From sequence record ON529850.1: 64,000 nt of DNA. One strand, given 5' to 3'. Position 1 is the stretch's first letter, and every line of letters begins with the position of its first letter. The notes beneath the pieces are model-generated. The model made no database searches and had not been told where the DNA came from. It saw only the letters and a list, made by a program, of their open reading frames with translations. Position numbers and translations under genes: made by a program. Shown one piece after another: positions 54,118 to 63,193 of this stretch.

Positions 54118-54255
54118 GGGCTGTCTCCCGTTGTTGGTCATCCCCTTCTAGGCCGGGCGGTTCAGGGTGTCAACCTCTTTTCTACAGTTATTTCTCTGTT
54201 AAGGTTAACGCGAGCGGATCGCAGAACGCCCCGGCCGGAGCCGGGGCGCGCGTCT

Positions 54256-54570
54256 TCAGTAAGGCTCGGCGTTCCTGACGAAAATCACCGCCGAGGGCGA
54301 ACCGTCCTCGTCCTCTTCGTCAGCGTCCATCATGTCGATCAGGTCGCGGGTGTCCTTGGCGTTCTGACGGTGCTGCTCCGCCACCTTGTCCCAGTTGCGG
54401 CTCGGGTCGGCCTCGTGGGCGGCGTCGAACTGGGCGGCGTAATCGTCGTAACGTCCAGCGGCGATCACCAGAGCGTGGCGCATGGTGTTCCGCTGCTTAT
54501 CCACGAGGCGGTGGTGGGCGCCCTTGGCGATGATCAGATCGCCGCGCGAAAAGGTGATGGGGTCTTGCAT
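54256..54570 (-). CDS. Hypothetical early protein, 104 aa
   Basis: Cassette layout. Confidence 0.6.
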   Translation of the reverse strand: MQDPITFSRGDLIIAKGAHHRLVDKQRNTMRHALVIAAGRYDDYAAQFDAAHEADPSRNWDKVAEQHRQNAKDTRDLIDMMDADEEDEDGSPSAVIFVRNAEPY

Positions 54571-54621
54571 GGGTGTCTCCCGTTGGTGATGCCCCGGTTA
54601 TAGGCCGGGGCTGCGGGAGTG

Positions 54622-54948
54622 TCAACCACTCTTTTGCAGTTTTTCCTGTTCGTTGTAATAGGTCAGCAGGGCCGCCGCATCCAAGGCGTTGCGGCGCGCG
54701 CCCTCGTCGTAGTTACGCGACCACGACAGGCTGAACAGTTGGGAAACCAGTTGCTCCAGCGAGCCGTCCGCCGCCGGCGCCGGGCCGCCCTCATGAGCGC
54801 GCAGGACCGCTTCGGCTTCGGCCTGAACCGCTTCGGCGCGGGCCACGGCGTCGCAGTCGCGGGACCAGCCTGCATCCAGCGTCAGGGTCGCGGTCACATC
54901 GTTCAGCGCCTGCGACAGGGCGCGAATCAGGGGCAGGGCGTCCTGCAT
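54622..54948 (-). CDS. Hypothetical protein, 108 aa
   Basis: Its stop codon lies within the -35 box of the next promoter. Confidence 0.55.
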   Translation of the reverse strand: MQDALPLIRALSQALNDVTATLTLDAGWSRDCDAVARAEAVQAEAEAVLRAHEGGPAPAADGSLEQLVSQLFSLSWSRNYDEGARRNALDAAALLTYYNEQEKLQKSG

Positions 54949-54950
54949 GG

Positions 54951-55310
54951 TCAGTCCTCCTGCCCGACTTCGGCGGCCTCGTTGGGGAAGGCGTCTTCCA
55001 GCGCCGCGACCAGAACCGGGTCACGGCCGCCGCGAATCACGCGCTTGATCGCAGCCGATTCGTCCTCACTCGGGCCTTCGCCGCCCGTCATGCCGAAGCG
55101 CACATTCCACGCATCGGCGATCTCTTGGGCGCCGGCGCGGGTCTCGTCCATCCCGTCCAGGGTGTAGTCGAAGGCCGACTCCAGGTGCTGGCCCTTGATC
55201 CAGAAGGCGGTGGCGGCCTCGTCGGTGGTGTCGTCCCAGCCGCCGTCCGGGCCGTTCGGCTCATGGGTCGGCTGGACATAGTAGAAGAAGAAGGCTCGGC
55301 GCGGCATCAT
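54951..55310 (-). CDS. Hypothetical early protein, 119 aa
   Basis: Cassette layout. Confidence 0.6.
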   Translation of the reverse strand: MMPRRAFFFYYVQPTHEPNGPDGGWDDTTDEAATAFWIKGQHLESAFDYTLDGMDETRAGAQEIADAWNVRFGMTGGEGPSEDESAAIKRVIRGGRDPVLVAALEDAFPNEAAEVGQED

Positions 55311-55462
55311 GGCGGGTGTCTCCGGTTGCGTTGACCCCTTCTAGGCCGGGCGGGCGCAAGTGTCAACCACTTTTTATTAGTTATTTCGGAGTTAAGGTTA
55401 ACGCGAGCCGGTCGCGAAGAAAACGCCCGGCCGGGGGAGACAGGCCCGGCCGGGCGTCGGGG

Positions 55463-55774
55463 TCAGCCCGCGTCGCGAAGGGCGCGCGGGCCGGTGTAGT
55501 CGGGCAGGTAGTCGGCGAAACCGTAGGCCTCGGCGACCCGGCGGGTCTTCTCGTAGCCGCGCCATTGATCGCCGCCCTCGAAGTCGTTGGCCTCGGCGCA
55601 GGCGGCGCTCAGGCGCTGTTCCAGGTAGCCTTGCGCCAGCATCCCCAGCAAGGCGACGGACACCGTCACCTCGCGGGCGCCCGCGCCGATGGCGCGCGCC
55701 GCGTCGTCTTTCAACGTGTCGTAAGCATGGTCGGCGTCTTGCGGGTTGGGCAGGTCTTGCAGCAGGATTTTCAT
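55463..55774 (-). CDS. Hypothetical protein, 103 aa
   Basis: Last gene of a small operon. Confidence 0.55.
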   Translation of the reverse strand: MKILLQDLPNPQDADHAYDTLKDDAARAIGAGAREVTVSVALLGMLAQGYLEQRLSAACAEANDFEGGDQWRGYEKTRRVAEAYGFADYLPDYTGPRALRDAG

Positions 55775-55840
55775 GACGGTCCTTTCAGGCGGACAGAATG
55801 CAGAAGGTGACGAAATAGAACCACAGGCGGGCGGGCAGAC

Positions 55841-56203
55841 TCACGCGGGCGGACCCATCCGGCTATCGACCCACGCGGCGCCCCATTTGAGGACGCGCAG
55901 CCGGTCGGCCAGGGTGTTGACCGCCAAGGCGCGAGCGGCGCGCAAGTCCCCACGCGCGGCGCGTCCGACGAGATGCAGGATCACATAATCGTCACCCGCA
56001 AAACGGCCCATATCGTCCACACGCTCGATCCCCACGCTCAAGGCCTCTTCAAGGATCAGGTCGGGGCCGTTCGGCGTGGTTGAGGTGAGATTGAACACGC
56101 CCCAGCCCTCGCCCATGTTGGTCTGATTGTCGATCTCGATGCTCGGCGCCAGCGCGCTCATTTCCTGGACGATCTGAGCGATTAGAATAGCGGTCGGGTC
56201 CAT
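55841..56203 (-). CDS. Hypothetical protein, 120 aa
   Basis: Coupled ORF. Confidence 0.55.
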   Translation of the reverse strand: MDPTAILIAQIVQEMSALAPSIEIDNQTNMGEGWGVFNLTSTTPNGPDLILEEALSVGIERVDDMGRFAGDDYVILHLVGRAARGDLRAARALAVNTLADRLRVLKWGAAWVDSRMGPPA

Positions 56204-56204
56204 G

Positions 56205-56570
56205 TCAGTCCTCCCCCAGGGCGGCGTCGAACAGGTCGGACGAATCCTCGCCCGAAAACTCGATCAGGGTCTCAAGGCGGATCGTCTGGATCACCACGGG
56301 GCGACCGTCGTCGGTGGTGGTCGATTCCTCGTTCCACGTCCGCAGGATCAGACGCACGTCGTCCAGCGTCTGGAAGTCGCCGAAGCTGATCGCGTCGGGG
56401 CGGGCATACACCATCTGGTGAACCTGCGGGCGGCGCAACAGGGCGGCGCGCAGGGCCTCGGCCTCGTGCAGGGCCAGCGGCTCCGCCAGCATGCGGGACT
56501 GGCGGCTGGCGGATTTGAAGCCGCCCCAGGCGTCGCCGACGACTTCGATGATCAGGGTTCCGTGCGACAT
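56205..56570 (-). CDS. Hypothetical protein, 121 aa
   Basis: Coupled ORF. Confidence 0.55.
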   Translation of the reverse strand: MSHGTLIIEVVGDAWGGFKSASRQSRMLAEPLALHEAEALRAALLRRPQVHQMVYARPDAISFGDFQTLDDVRLILRTWNEESTTTDDGRPVVIQTIRLETLIEFSGEDSSDLFDAALGED

Positions 56571-56767
56571 CAGCGCACCGCCTTGGCGCGGATGGACTTT
56601 TCGGTCACTTCCTGCTGCCAGTCGGCCGGATTATACGACAGATAATTGGCCTGATCATTGATCAGGGTGCGCACCTCGCGGCGGGCCTGCGCGGCGGTCA
56701 TCCAGGCGGGGACCGTGACCTTCACGGTCATGTTCAGTTCCTTGCGGCGTTTGATCGGCTTGGGCAT
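56570..56767 (-). CDS. Hypothetical early protein, 65 aa
   Basis: Cassette layout. Confidence 0.6.
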   Translation of the reverse strand: MPKPIKRRKELNMTVKVTVPAWMTAAQARREVRTLINDQANYLSYNPADWQQEVTEKSIRAKAVR

Positions 56768-56809
56768 GGGGTGTCTCCCGTTGTTCGTTGGGTCCGGTAT
56801 AGGCCGGGA

Positions 56810-57148
56810 TCAGGCGGGTGTCAACTCCTCTTTTATAAGATTTTTGGCCGCCTGCGCCAGGGCGGTGAAGCCCGCCTCCCGCAGCGTCGCGTAGAGATGC
56901 CCGTGCAGATAGCGCAGGGTGGCGCGGCCGCGCATGACCGTACGCACCACGCCGACAGGCTCGCCCTTGCGGCTGCGGATGATGACGATGACCGTCGTCT
57001 TTTCCGACGCATAGGGTCCGGGCTGATCCGACGTCTCGACCTGATACAGCACCTCGGCGCGCTGACGCGGCGATTCGAGGGTCAGGGCCTGAAGGGCGCC
57101 CTTCATCAGGGTGTCGCCGTAGCGGTAGGTCATGCGGGCGCGAGCCAT
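56810..57148 (-). CDS. Hypothetical early protein, 112 aa (start MARARM)
   Basis: 3' end reads through the next promoter's UP and -35 elements. Confidence 0.55.
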   Translation of the reverse strand: MARARMTYRYGDTLMKGALQALTLESPRQRAEVLYQVETSDQPGPYASEKTTVIVIIRSRKGEPVGVVRTVMRGRATLRYLHGHLYATLREAGFTALAQAAKNLIKEELTPA

Positions 57149-57304
57149 AGGGTGTCTCCGGTGTTGCGTTGAACCCCTTCTAGGCCGGGCGGCGTGGAGT
57201 GTCAACCTCTTTTTCGTAGTTATTTTCTGTTAAGGTTAACGCGAGGCGGTCGCGTGAAAAGCGCCCGGCCGGGGGAGACAAGCCCGGCCGGGCGCGGCGG
57301 CGTC

Positions 57305-57658
57305 TCAGGCGTTGAGATCGCCGTATTCGGTCCCGCATTGCAGGATTTCGCCGGTGTCCTTGGCGAAATGGATTTGGTTGAGCCGCAGGAGCCCGCCGGT
57401 GCGCGGATGGGGCCACTCGACCTGACAGGTCAGCATATCGTCGAAGATGACCTGCGGGGCGCCGTATTGCGACCAGTCGATGCCGCCGCGCGCGTCAATC
57501 TCGCCCTTGGCGTCGGAGACGATGCGATCCAGCACCGTCCGGGCGATCCGGCCCGGCGCGCTCTTGATCCCATAGGCGCCGCGCCCGTTGTTGGCGAAGC
57601 TGTTCCAGTTGCTTTCGTCTTGAGTGTAGTTCTCGACGTCGATCTGTTCGTCCGTCAT
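57305..57658 (-). CDS. Hypothetical protein, 117 aa
   Basis: Second gene of the cassette. Confidence 0.6.
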   Translation of the reverse strand: MTDEQIDVENYTQDESNWNSFANNGRGAYGIKSAPGRIARTVLDRIVSDAKGEIDARGGIDWSQYGAPQVIFDDMLTCQVEWPHPRTGGLLRLNQIHFAKDTGEILQCGTEYGDLNA

Positions 57659-57662
57659 CGCC

Positions 57663-58046
57663 TCACTCCTTGTTGATGATCAGGTAGCCCGGCACGTCGT
57701 CGCGGGCTTGCGGGCGCACCACGAAGAGATAGAACCGGCCGTTGTGGGTGCGGTTCTTGGCCTCGGCGGCGTCGCGGGTCGGATAGACCGACAGGCCCAG
57801 GGCGGGCAACCAGTCGCCGATCCACGGCTCGTCGTTGAGCGTCAGCAGATACTGCTGCGGCAGGTCGTCCTCGTCGCGCTCGTCTTCGCTCTCGTCCAGA
57901 TGCTCGACCTCCCACCAGCCGGCGCCGTGGGCGTCGCCCGAGGTGTAGCCCTCGCGGACCTGCCCGGCGATCATGTCCAGCACGTCCGCCAGATGATCGG
58001 CGGTCAGGGCGGCGCGGGGGCGGAAGGTGAAAACCGTGTTCTTCAT
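57663..58046 (-). CDS. Hypothetical early protein, 127 aa
   Basis: Cassette layout. Confidence 0.6.
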   Translation of the reverse strand: MKNTVFTFRPRAALTADHLADVLDMIAGQVREGYTSGDAHGAGWWEVEHLDESEDERDEDDLPQQYLLTLNDEPWIGDWLPALGLSVYPTRDAAEAKNRTHNGRFYLFVVRPQARDDVPGYLIINKE

Positions 58047-58243
58047 GTCGGGTGTCTCCGTTGTTCTGTCTCCCTTCTATCCTGGATGGTTTCAGGTGTC
58101 AACCTCTTTTTTCTCACTAAGTTTTACCGATAACGGTAATTAAGGCGGGGTTGGGCGCGCTTAGCCGCCATATTTACCTTAAAAGGTAATTCGTTAAGGT
58201 TAACGCGAGCGGATCGCAGAAAGGGAGCCGAAGCCCCCTTCCC

Positions 58244-58753
58244 TTACGCCTGGGTCACGTTCGCGCGGTAGAAGGCGACGCCCTCCGCCTCGGGCATGAG
58301 GTTCAGGATCACCGCCTCCGGTTCCTTCTCCCGGATGACCTTGACATGGGCGTCAAGGGGGTGGGGCGCCTTCAAGGCCATCTGGAAGATGCCGGTCTTG
58401 CCCGGCTTGGTGAACAGGACTTTCTTCTTGACGGCGCGGCGGTAATCCTTGAGCCATTCGCCGGCGGTGATTTCCTCGCCGATCAGCAGCGACAGGTCCA
58501 TGTCGATCAGGCCGAAGCCTTCGCCCAGATCGAATTTCGGATAGGTCGCCTTAATGCGCGCTTCCAAGGCGGTCAGGTCATTGTAGGTGAACCGGCCGAC
58601 CGGGTGGATTCGGTCCTCGCCGCCCTGCCCGGTGTTCGACGCCTCGGCGAACTTCTCGCCATCGACATAGACGGTGGCGGTGTAGGCGGTCGTCTCCTCC
58701 GACAGGGAGGGCATGGTCTTGAGGCTCTTGAGGGTGATGATGGGTTTCTTCAT
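58244..58753 (-). CDS. Hypothetical early protein, 169 aa
   Basis: SEETTAYTATVYVDG...SNTGQGG motif; cassette layout. Confidence 0.7.
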   Translation of the reverse strand: MKKPIITLKSLKTMPSLSEETTAYTATVYVDGEKFAEASNTGQGGEDRIHPVGRFTYNDLTALEARIKATYPKFDLGEGFGLIDMDLSLLIGEEITAGEWLKDYRRAVKKKVLFTKPGKTGIFQMALKAPHPLDAHVKVIREKEPEAVILNLMPEAEGVAFYRANVTQA

Positions 58754-58913
58754 GTCGGGTGTCTCCGTTGCTCTGTCTCTCTTCTAGCCGGGGCGGTTTC
58801 AAGTGTCAACCGCTTTTGCGTAGATAATGCCGGAGCGACGTTAACCTTAATGCGGTGTTAAGGTTAATGCGAACGGGGCGCAGAAAGGCGGTCCGTCAGG
58901 ACCGCCCCTCGCG

Positions 58914-59486
58914 TCAGGCCAGATAGACCTTGCCGTCGTCGCCGATATAGACCCCGACCGTCCCAAAAGCCTCGGCGGCGGATTGCAGGGCCGTGCCGTG
59001 CGGTGAGGGCCAGCCGCCGTCGAAGAAACCGGCGCCATGCCCGTTGCGGCTGAGCCAGAAGTCATGCCCCGCCTTGGGGCTGTCGATGTCGGGGAAGTCC
59101 AGCGTCGCCGTCTCGGGCATGGCCTCGGCATAGGCGTCGAAGGCGCGAGTTCCCCGGAACAGGTCGCAGTCGGCGATGATGCGCGCCAGCGTCTCCGGCG
59201 CCAGGTCGGTGAAGCGGGCGGCGCGGAAGGACGGCGCGGCGGCGGGCTTGTCGTCGCACCACCATTCGGACTCGTTCAGGTCCGTGAGCATCCAGTCCCA
59301 GGCGCCGTCGCTGCGCGTCTGCGGGGCGAGGCTCCACCCTTGGAACAGGGCGATGATGTAGCCTTGGGTGAAGGCGTCAAGGTCGCGTTCCCACAGATAG
59401 ACGTTTGACGCCTTCGGCGCCCAGGAAACGGGCGGATCAAGCGGGATGCAAACCTCTCCGGTGGTGTCGAGAATGAGTTCCGGCAT
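58914..59486 (-). CDS. Hypothetical protein, 190 aa (GHDFWLxRNGHGAGF family; paralog of 43415-44035)
   Basis: Shared motifs DAFxQxYI, PETLxxxIADC and AGHDFWLSRNGHGAGFFDGGWP. Confidence 0.7.
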   Translation of the reverse strand: MPELILDTTGEVCIPLDPPVSWAPKASNVYLWERDLDAFTQGYIIALFQGWSLAPQTRSDGAWDWMLTDLNESEWWCDDKPAAAPSFRAARFTDLAPETLARIIADCDLFRGTRAFDAYAEAMPETATLDFPDIDSPKAGHDFWLSRNGHGAGFFDGGWPSPHGTALQSAAEAFGTVGVYIGDDGKVYLA

Positions 59487-59495
59487 GGGCGTCTC

Positions 59496-59699
59496 CTACA
59501 GGGCCAGGGCGGCGTCGAAGGCCGCCGATTGCAGTTTCTTGGCGGCTTCGGCTTCGCGGGGGTGCCGTTGCGCCATGCCGTCAAAGCGTTCTTTCTGGTG
59601 CGACCGCTCGCCGTCAGCGGTGGTCATGTTCATCACCTCGCCCCACAGGTGGGCCATTTCGAGGATCAGGACGGAACGGCGGGAAGCGTTCATAGTCAT
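59496..59699 (-). CDS. Hypothetical early protein, 67 aa
   Basis: Cassette layout. Confidence 0.6.
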   Translation of the reverse strand: MTMNASRRSVLILEMAHLWGEVMNMTTADGERSHQKERFDGMAQRHPREAEAAKKLQSAAFDAALAL

Positions 59700-59770
59700 C
59701 GGGTGTCTCCGGTTGCGGTGGTTCTGTCTTAGCCCGCCGCAACCACAGTGTCAACCGTTCTTTTTCAACA

Positions 59771-60247
59771 TCAGCACCGCCGCAGCATTTCGCGCGTCAA
59801 GGCTTCTTCCTGGCGGGCGATGTCAATCGCGGCGCGCTCATTCGCCTTGGCGTGGGCGCTGGCGGCCTGTTCCTGACAGATGGCCTGACGCCGGCGAATC
59901 TCATTGGTCGAAAGGGTGCGGAACAGGACGTCGGCGTCCTGATCGACCTTGACGGTCCAGTGCTGCGCGGATTCATCGTCCGACCGCAGGTGCGGCGGGA
60001 AATAGATGTCCGCCACGTCCTGTTGAAAGAAGGTGCCGTCGCCGCGCATCTTGCGTTCCAGGTCCGCCACCTCGGCGGGCGCGATCTCGTCGATTGAGAA
60101 GGTCACGCTTTCGCCCAGGCCGTCGCCCTCGTCGATGAAATGGCCGATCTGCCCCAGCGACATACGCTCGACGGCGTGAACGTCTTCGGGCGTATGGGCC
60201 GTGTGCAGAACCGTCACGGTGATGACGGTGCGGATGATCTGAGGCAT
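59771..60247 (-). CDS. Hypothetical early protein, 158 aa (start MPQIIR)
   Basis: Cassette layout. Confidence 0.6.
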   Translation of the reverse strand: MPQIIRTVITVTVLHTAHTPEDVHAVERMSLGQIGHFIDEGDGLGESVTFSIDEIAPAEVADLERKMRGDGTFFQQDVADIYFPPHLRSDDESAQHWTVKVDQDADVLFRTLSTNEIRRRQAICQEQAASAHAKANERAAIDIARQEEALTREMLRRC

Positions 60248-60398
60248 GGGGTGTCTCCCGTTGTTGTTCGCCGCCTGTGTAAGGCGGTCGAAAAGGAGTG
60301 TCAACCTCTTTTTCACAGTAAGTCGTCAACCTTAATGCGGTGTTAAGGTTAACGCGAACCGTGCGCGCAAAAGAAAACCCGGCCGAAGCCGGGTTCCC

Positions 60399-60731
60399 TC
60401 AGAAAGGTATGTCGGAGTCCAGCGCGGGCGCCGGCTCGACGGGGGCGGGCGGGGCGTTCAGGGCGGCGATGTAGGCCGCCTGTTCCGCCTCGCTCATGTC
60501 CCAGAAGGAATCATCTTCCGGGTGCGGGCCGCGCGGTCCCCGATAGTGGGGGTTGCGCTCCCAGGTGTCGAACGGCGACAGCACATATTCGCTGTCCGGG
60601 TCGAGGCTCCCATAGGCCGAGGCATACTGAAACACCGCCTCGCTCATGTATTCCGCCTGTCCCATCGCCTCCTGCGCCAGGGCGTCCGCCTTTTCGCGCT
60701 CGTAGGCGTCGACTCGTTCCAGGTAGTCCAT
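60399..60731 (-). CDS. Hypothetical acidic early protein, 110 aa
   Basis: YVLSPFDTWERNPHYRGPRGPHPE motif. Confidence 0.65.
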   Translation of the reverse strand: MDYLERVDAYEREKADALAQEAMGQAEYMSEAVFQYASAYGSLDPDSEYVLSPFDTWERNPHYRGPRGPHPEDDSFWDMSEAEQAAYIAALNAPPAPVEPAPALDSDIPF

Positions 60732-60927
60732 GTTCAGTTCTCCGGTTGAAGCTACTTCATGGCGGTTCTCCTTGGGTTGGGGTTGCTCTCGTCTTGAGGC
60801 CCCACCATAGCGTGGCGGTTCAGGGTGTCAACACCTTTTTCGTAGAAAAATCGTCGGTCGGGCGCTGTTAAGGTTAATGCGACCGGATCGCAGTTGGACC
60901 CCGGCCTAAGCCGGGGTCGGGTGCGCG

Positions 60928-61284
60928 TCAGCCGCCGAGGCGCTGGATGATTTCGTCATTCGACATCGTGTCCATCAGTTCCTCGACGCGGCGGGCCTTT
61001 TCATCCTCGACCTTCTGGGCCGCCGCCTGGGCGCGGCGATAGTCGGCCATCGCCGCCTTGCCCGCCTCGGTCGTCTCGGGATCGACCGTCATGTAAAGCG
61101 TGACCTCGCGGCCCTGGCGATCCACGAAGACCGGGCGCCCGGACGGCGTCATCGTCACGGTGAAATGGTGCTTGACCAGCCGATTGGCGGTCTCCATCCC
61201 GAAGTCGCCGCCGAAGCAGCCGCCGGCCGCCTTGACCGTGTGGTTTTTACGCAGGCGGGTGTGATAGCCGATATTCTTGTGCAT
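60928..61284 (-). CDS. Hypothetical early protein, 118 aa
   Basis: Cassette layout. Confidence 0.6.
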   Translation of the reverse strand: MHKNIGYHTRLRKNHTVKAAGGCFGGDFGMETANRLVKHHFTVTMTPSGRPVFVDRQGREVTLYMTVDPETTEAGKAAMADYRRAQAAAQKVEDEKARRVEELMDTMSNDEIIQRLGG

Positions 61285-61448
61285 GGGGTGTCTCCTCCCT
61301 TGATCTGCCCCAGGGTATAGCCGGGGCGGCTCTAGGTGTCAACCCCTTTTTCATAGAAAAATGCCGGGGATGCGTTAAGGTTAACGCGAACCGGTCGCGA
61401 AAGATGCGCCCGGCCGGGGGAGACAAGCCCGGCCGGGCGCGGTTCGGT

Positions 61449-62075
61449 TCAGACGGCGACGTGCTTGCCGGTCTCGTCGAACCAATAGCCGTTGATCTTC
61501 AACGTCTCGTTGACCGCCTCGTCGGAGGTTTTGGCCTCGTAAGCCTCGCGAAGCTGTTCCCAAATCCAGTCCATGTATCGGCGCAGGACGTTCGCCAGGG
61601 CGCGCTCCGTCTCGGGCGTCACGTCGCCGTCTTCGCCGAAGGTGACATGAATATCCACGGACCCCGAATGGGTGTAGCGGTCGCGGTGGCTGATCTCCGC
61701 GCGCAGGGCGAAGCCGTTGTCTTGTTGCAGGGTGAACAGGTCGGCGGCGATTTGAAGCAGCTTCGCATCGCGCGGCGCCTCTTCCTTGAGCGCCGCGAGG
61801 GCGCCGGCCTTGAAGACGTAGCCGCCGGTGAAACAGGCGCCGTCGCCTTGGGTGTAGAAGCCGCTCCACAGGATGCGCGGGCTTCCGTTCAGTTCGGTGT
61901 CGAGGGTGATTCCCATCAGGGCGGCGAAGGCGTCCGCCTCTTCCAGGACCGGTTCGGCATAGTCGGTGTCGCCCGACATCACCACGTCGGTGAACCACGT
62001 CCGCGCGGCTTCCTTGGCCGTTTCGGTCGGCAGTTCGTCGATCTGGTAGAGGGTGCGGGTCTGGATCATGGGCAT
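61449..62075 (-). CDS. Conserved-looking hypothetical early protein, 208 aa
   Basis: TLYQIDELP..AKEAARTW...WSGFYTQGDGACF...INGYWFDETG recalls an alphaproteobacterial plasmid/phage family (from memory, unverified). Confidence 0.65.
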   Translation of the reverse strand: MPMIQTRTLYQIDELPTETAKEAARTWFTDVVMSGDTDYAEPVLEEADAFAALMGITLDTELNGSPRILWSGFYTQGDGACFTGGYVFKAGALAALKEEAPRDAKLLQIAADLFTLQQDNGFALRAEISHRDRYTHSGSVDIHVTFGEDGDVTPETERALANVLRRYMDWIWEQLREAYEAKTSDEAVNETLKINGYWFDETGKHVAV

Positions 62076-62242
62076 GGCGGGCGTCTCCGTTGCGGTGTCC
62101 CTGTGATGTAGCCGGGGCGGGTAAGGGTGTCAACCTCTTTTTATCAGAAAAACATCATGGGGCTGCGTTAACCTTAATGCAGTGTTAAGGTTAACGCGAA
62201 CGGGTCGCAGAACGCCCCGGCCGAAGCCGGGGCGGGCGCGGG

Positions 62243-62773
62243 TCAGCCTTCGCCGAAGTAGAAGGCGCTCAGCCACGTCATGATGGCGGCGTCGTCTTCG
62301 TAGCTGGTCGGGTAGTCGGTCCACGGCGTCCCCCAGTCCTGATATTGCAGGCGCGGGTTCGACGGGTCGCCCCACGAACCCAGGTCGCCGCGCAGGCGCA
62401 GGGCCGGGCCGCCGGTGGACAGCAGGACTTCGAATTCTTCGGCGCCGTCGCGGTCCTCGGGATCGCGCGGGCCGGGGTTGCGCCAGCCGTCGCGCACCTG
62501 CACCGACAGAACCGATTCGGTGATGGTCTGGCGCACGTCGTCCGCGTCCACCTCCTCGGCCTCGACCGGCTCGACGCTGTAGTCGTCCAGACCGGCGGCC
62601 TCGGCGGCGTCCTCGGCTTCCGTCTCGGTGTCGTAGGTGGCGCTCTCATAGCCTTCGGCTTCGATGACGTAGCCGGTCGGCTCGGCGTCGCCGTTGGCGG
62701 CGTTCAGCTGCGCGGCCTGCTCCTTGATGGTTTCGAGCCAGGCGGCGGCGTTGTTCTTGGCGTGGTCGCTCAT
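62243..62773 (-). CDS. Hypothetical acidic early protein, 176 aa
   Basis: VLLSTGGPALRL...YQDWGTPW motif; cassette layout. Confidence 0.65.
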   Translation of the reverse strand: MSDHAKNNAAAWLETIKEQAAQLNAANGDAEPTGYVIEAEGYESATYDTETEAEDAAEAAGLDDYSVEPVEAEEVDADDVRQTITESVLSVQVRDGWRNPGPRDPEDRDGAEEFEVLLSTGGPALRLRGDLGSWGDPSNPRLQYQDWGTPWTDYPTSYEDDAAIMTWLSAFYFGEG

Positions 62774-62947
62774 GTCGGTGTGTCTCCCGTTGTTGTGTCT
62801 CCCTTCTAGGCCGGGCGGGCGGGAGTGTCAACACTTCTTTTTCAGAAAAATGGTTAACGTCGGGCGGGCGGCGGTTAACCTTAATGCGGCGTTAAGGTTA
62901 ATGCGAGCGGACCGCAGAACGCCCCGGCCGAAGCCGGGGCGGGCGAC

Positions 62948-63193
62948 TCAGTCCCGGCTCATGCCGGGAAAGTTCGGGTTGGCGTCGCACCACGCCTGCG
63001 CCTCGGCCTCGGTGGCCAAGGGCGGGCGCGCGAGGCCGGTGGTGCCGTCGGGGTGTTCGACCGTCCAGCCCGCCGCCTCGCGGGTCCAGTGGGGGCGGTC
63101 GGCCTCGCTCGTCCAGGGGGCGGCGCCCCGGATCGAGGCGGTGCGGCCGGTCACGGCGTGGCGCCAGACAAAGTGTTCGATGGGGCGGCTCAT
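62948..63193 (-). CDS. Hypothetical early protein, 81 aa
   Basis: Cassette layout. Confidence 0.6.
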   Translation of the reverse strand: MSRPIEHFVWRHAVTGRTASIRGAAPWTSEADRPHWTREAAGWTVEHPDGTTGLARPPLATEAEAQAWCDANPNFPGMSRD

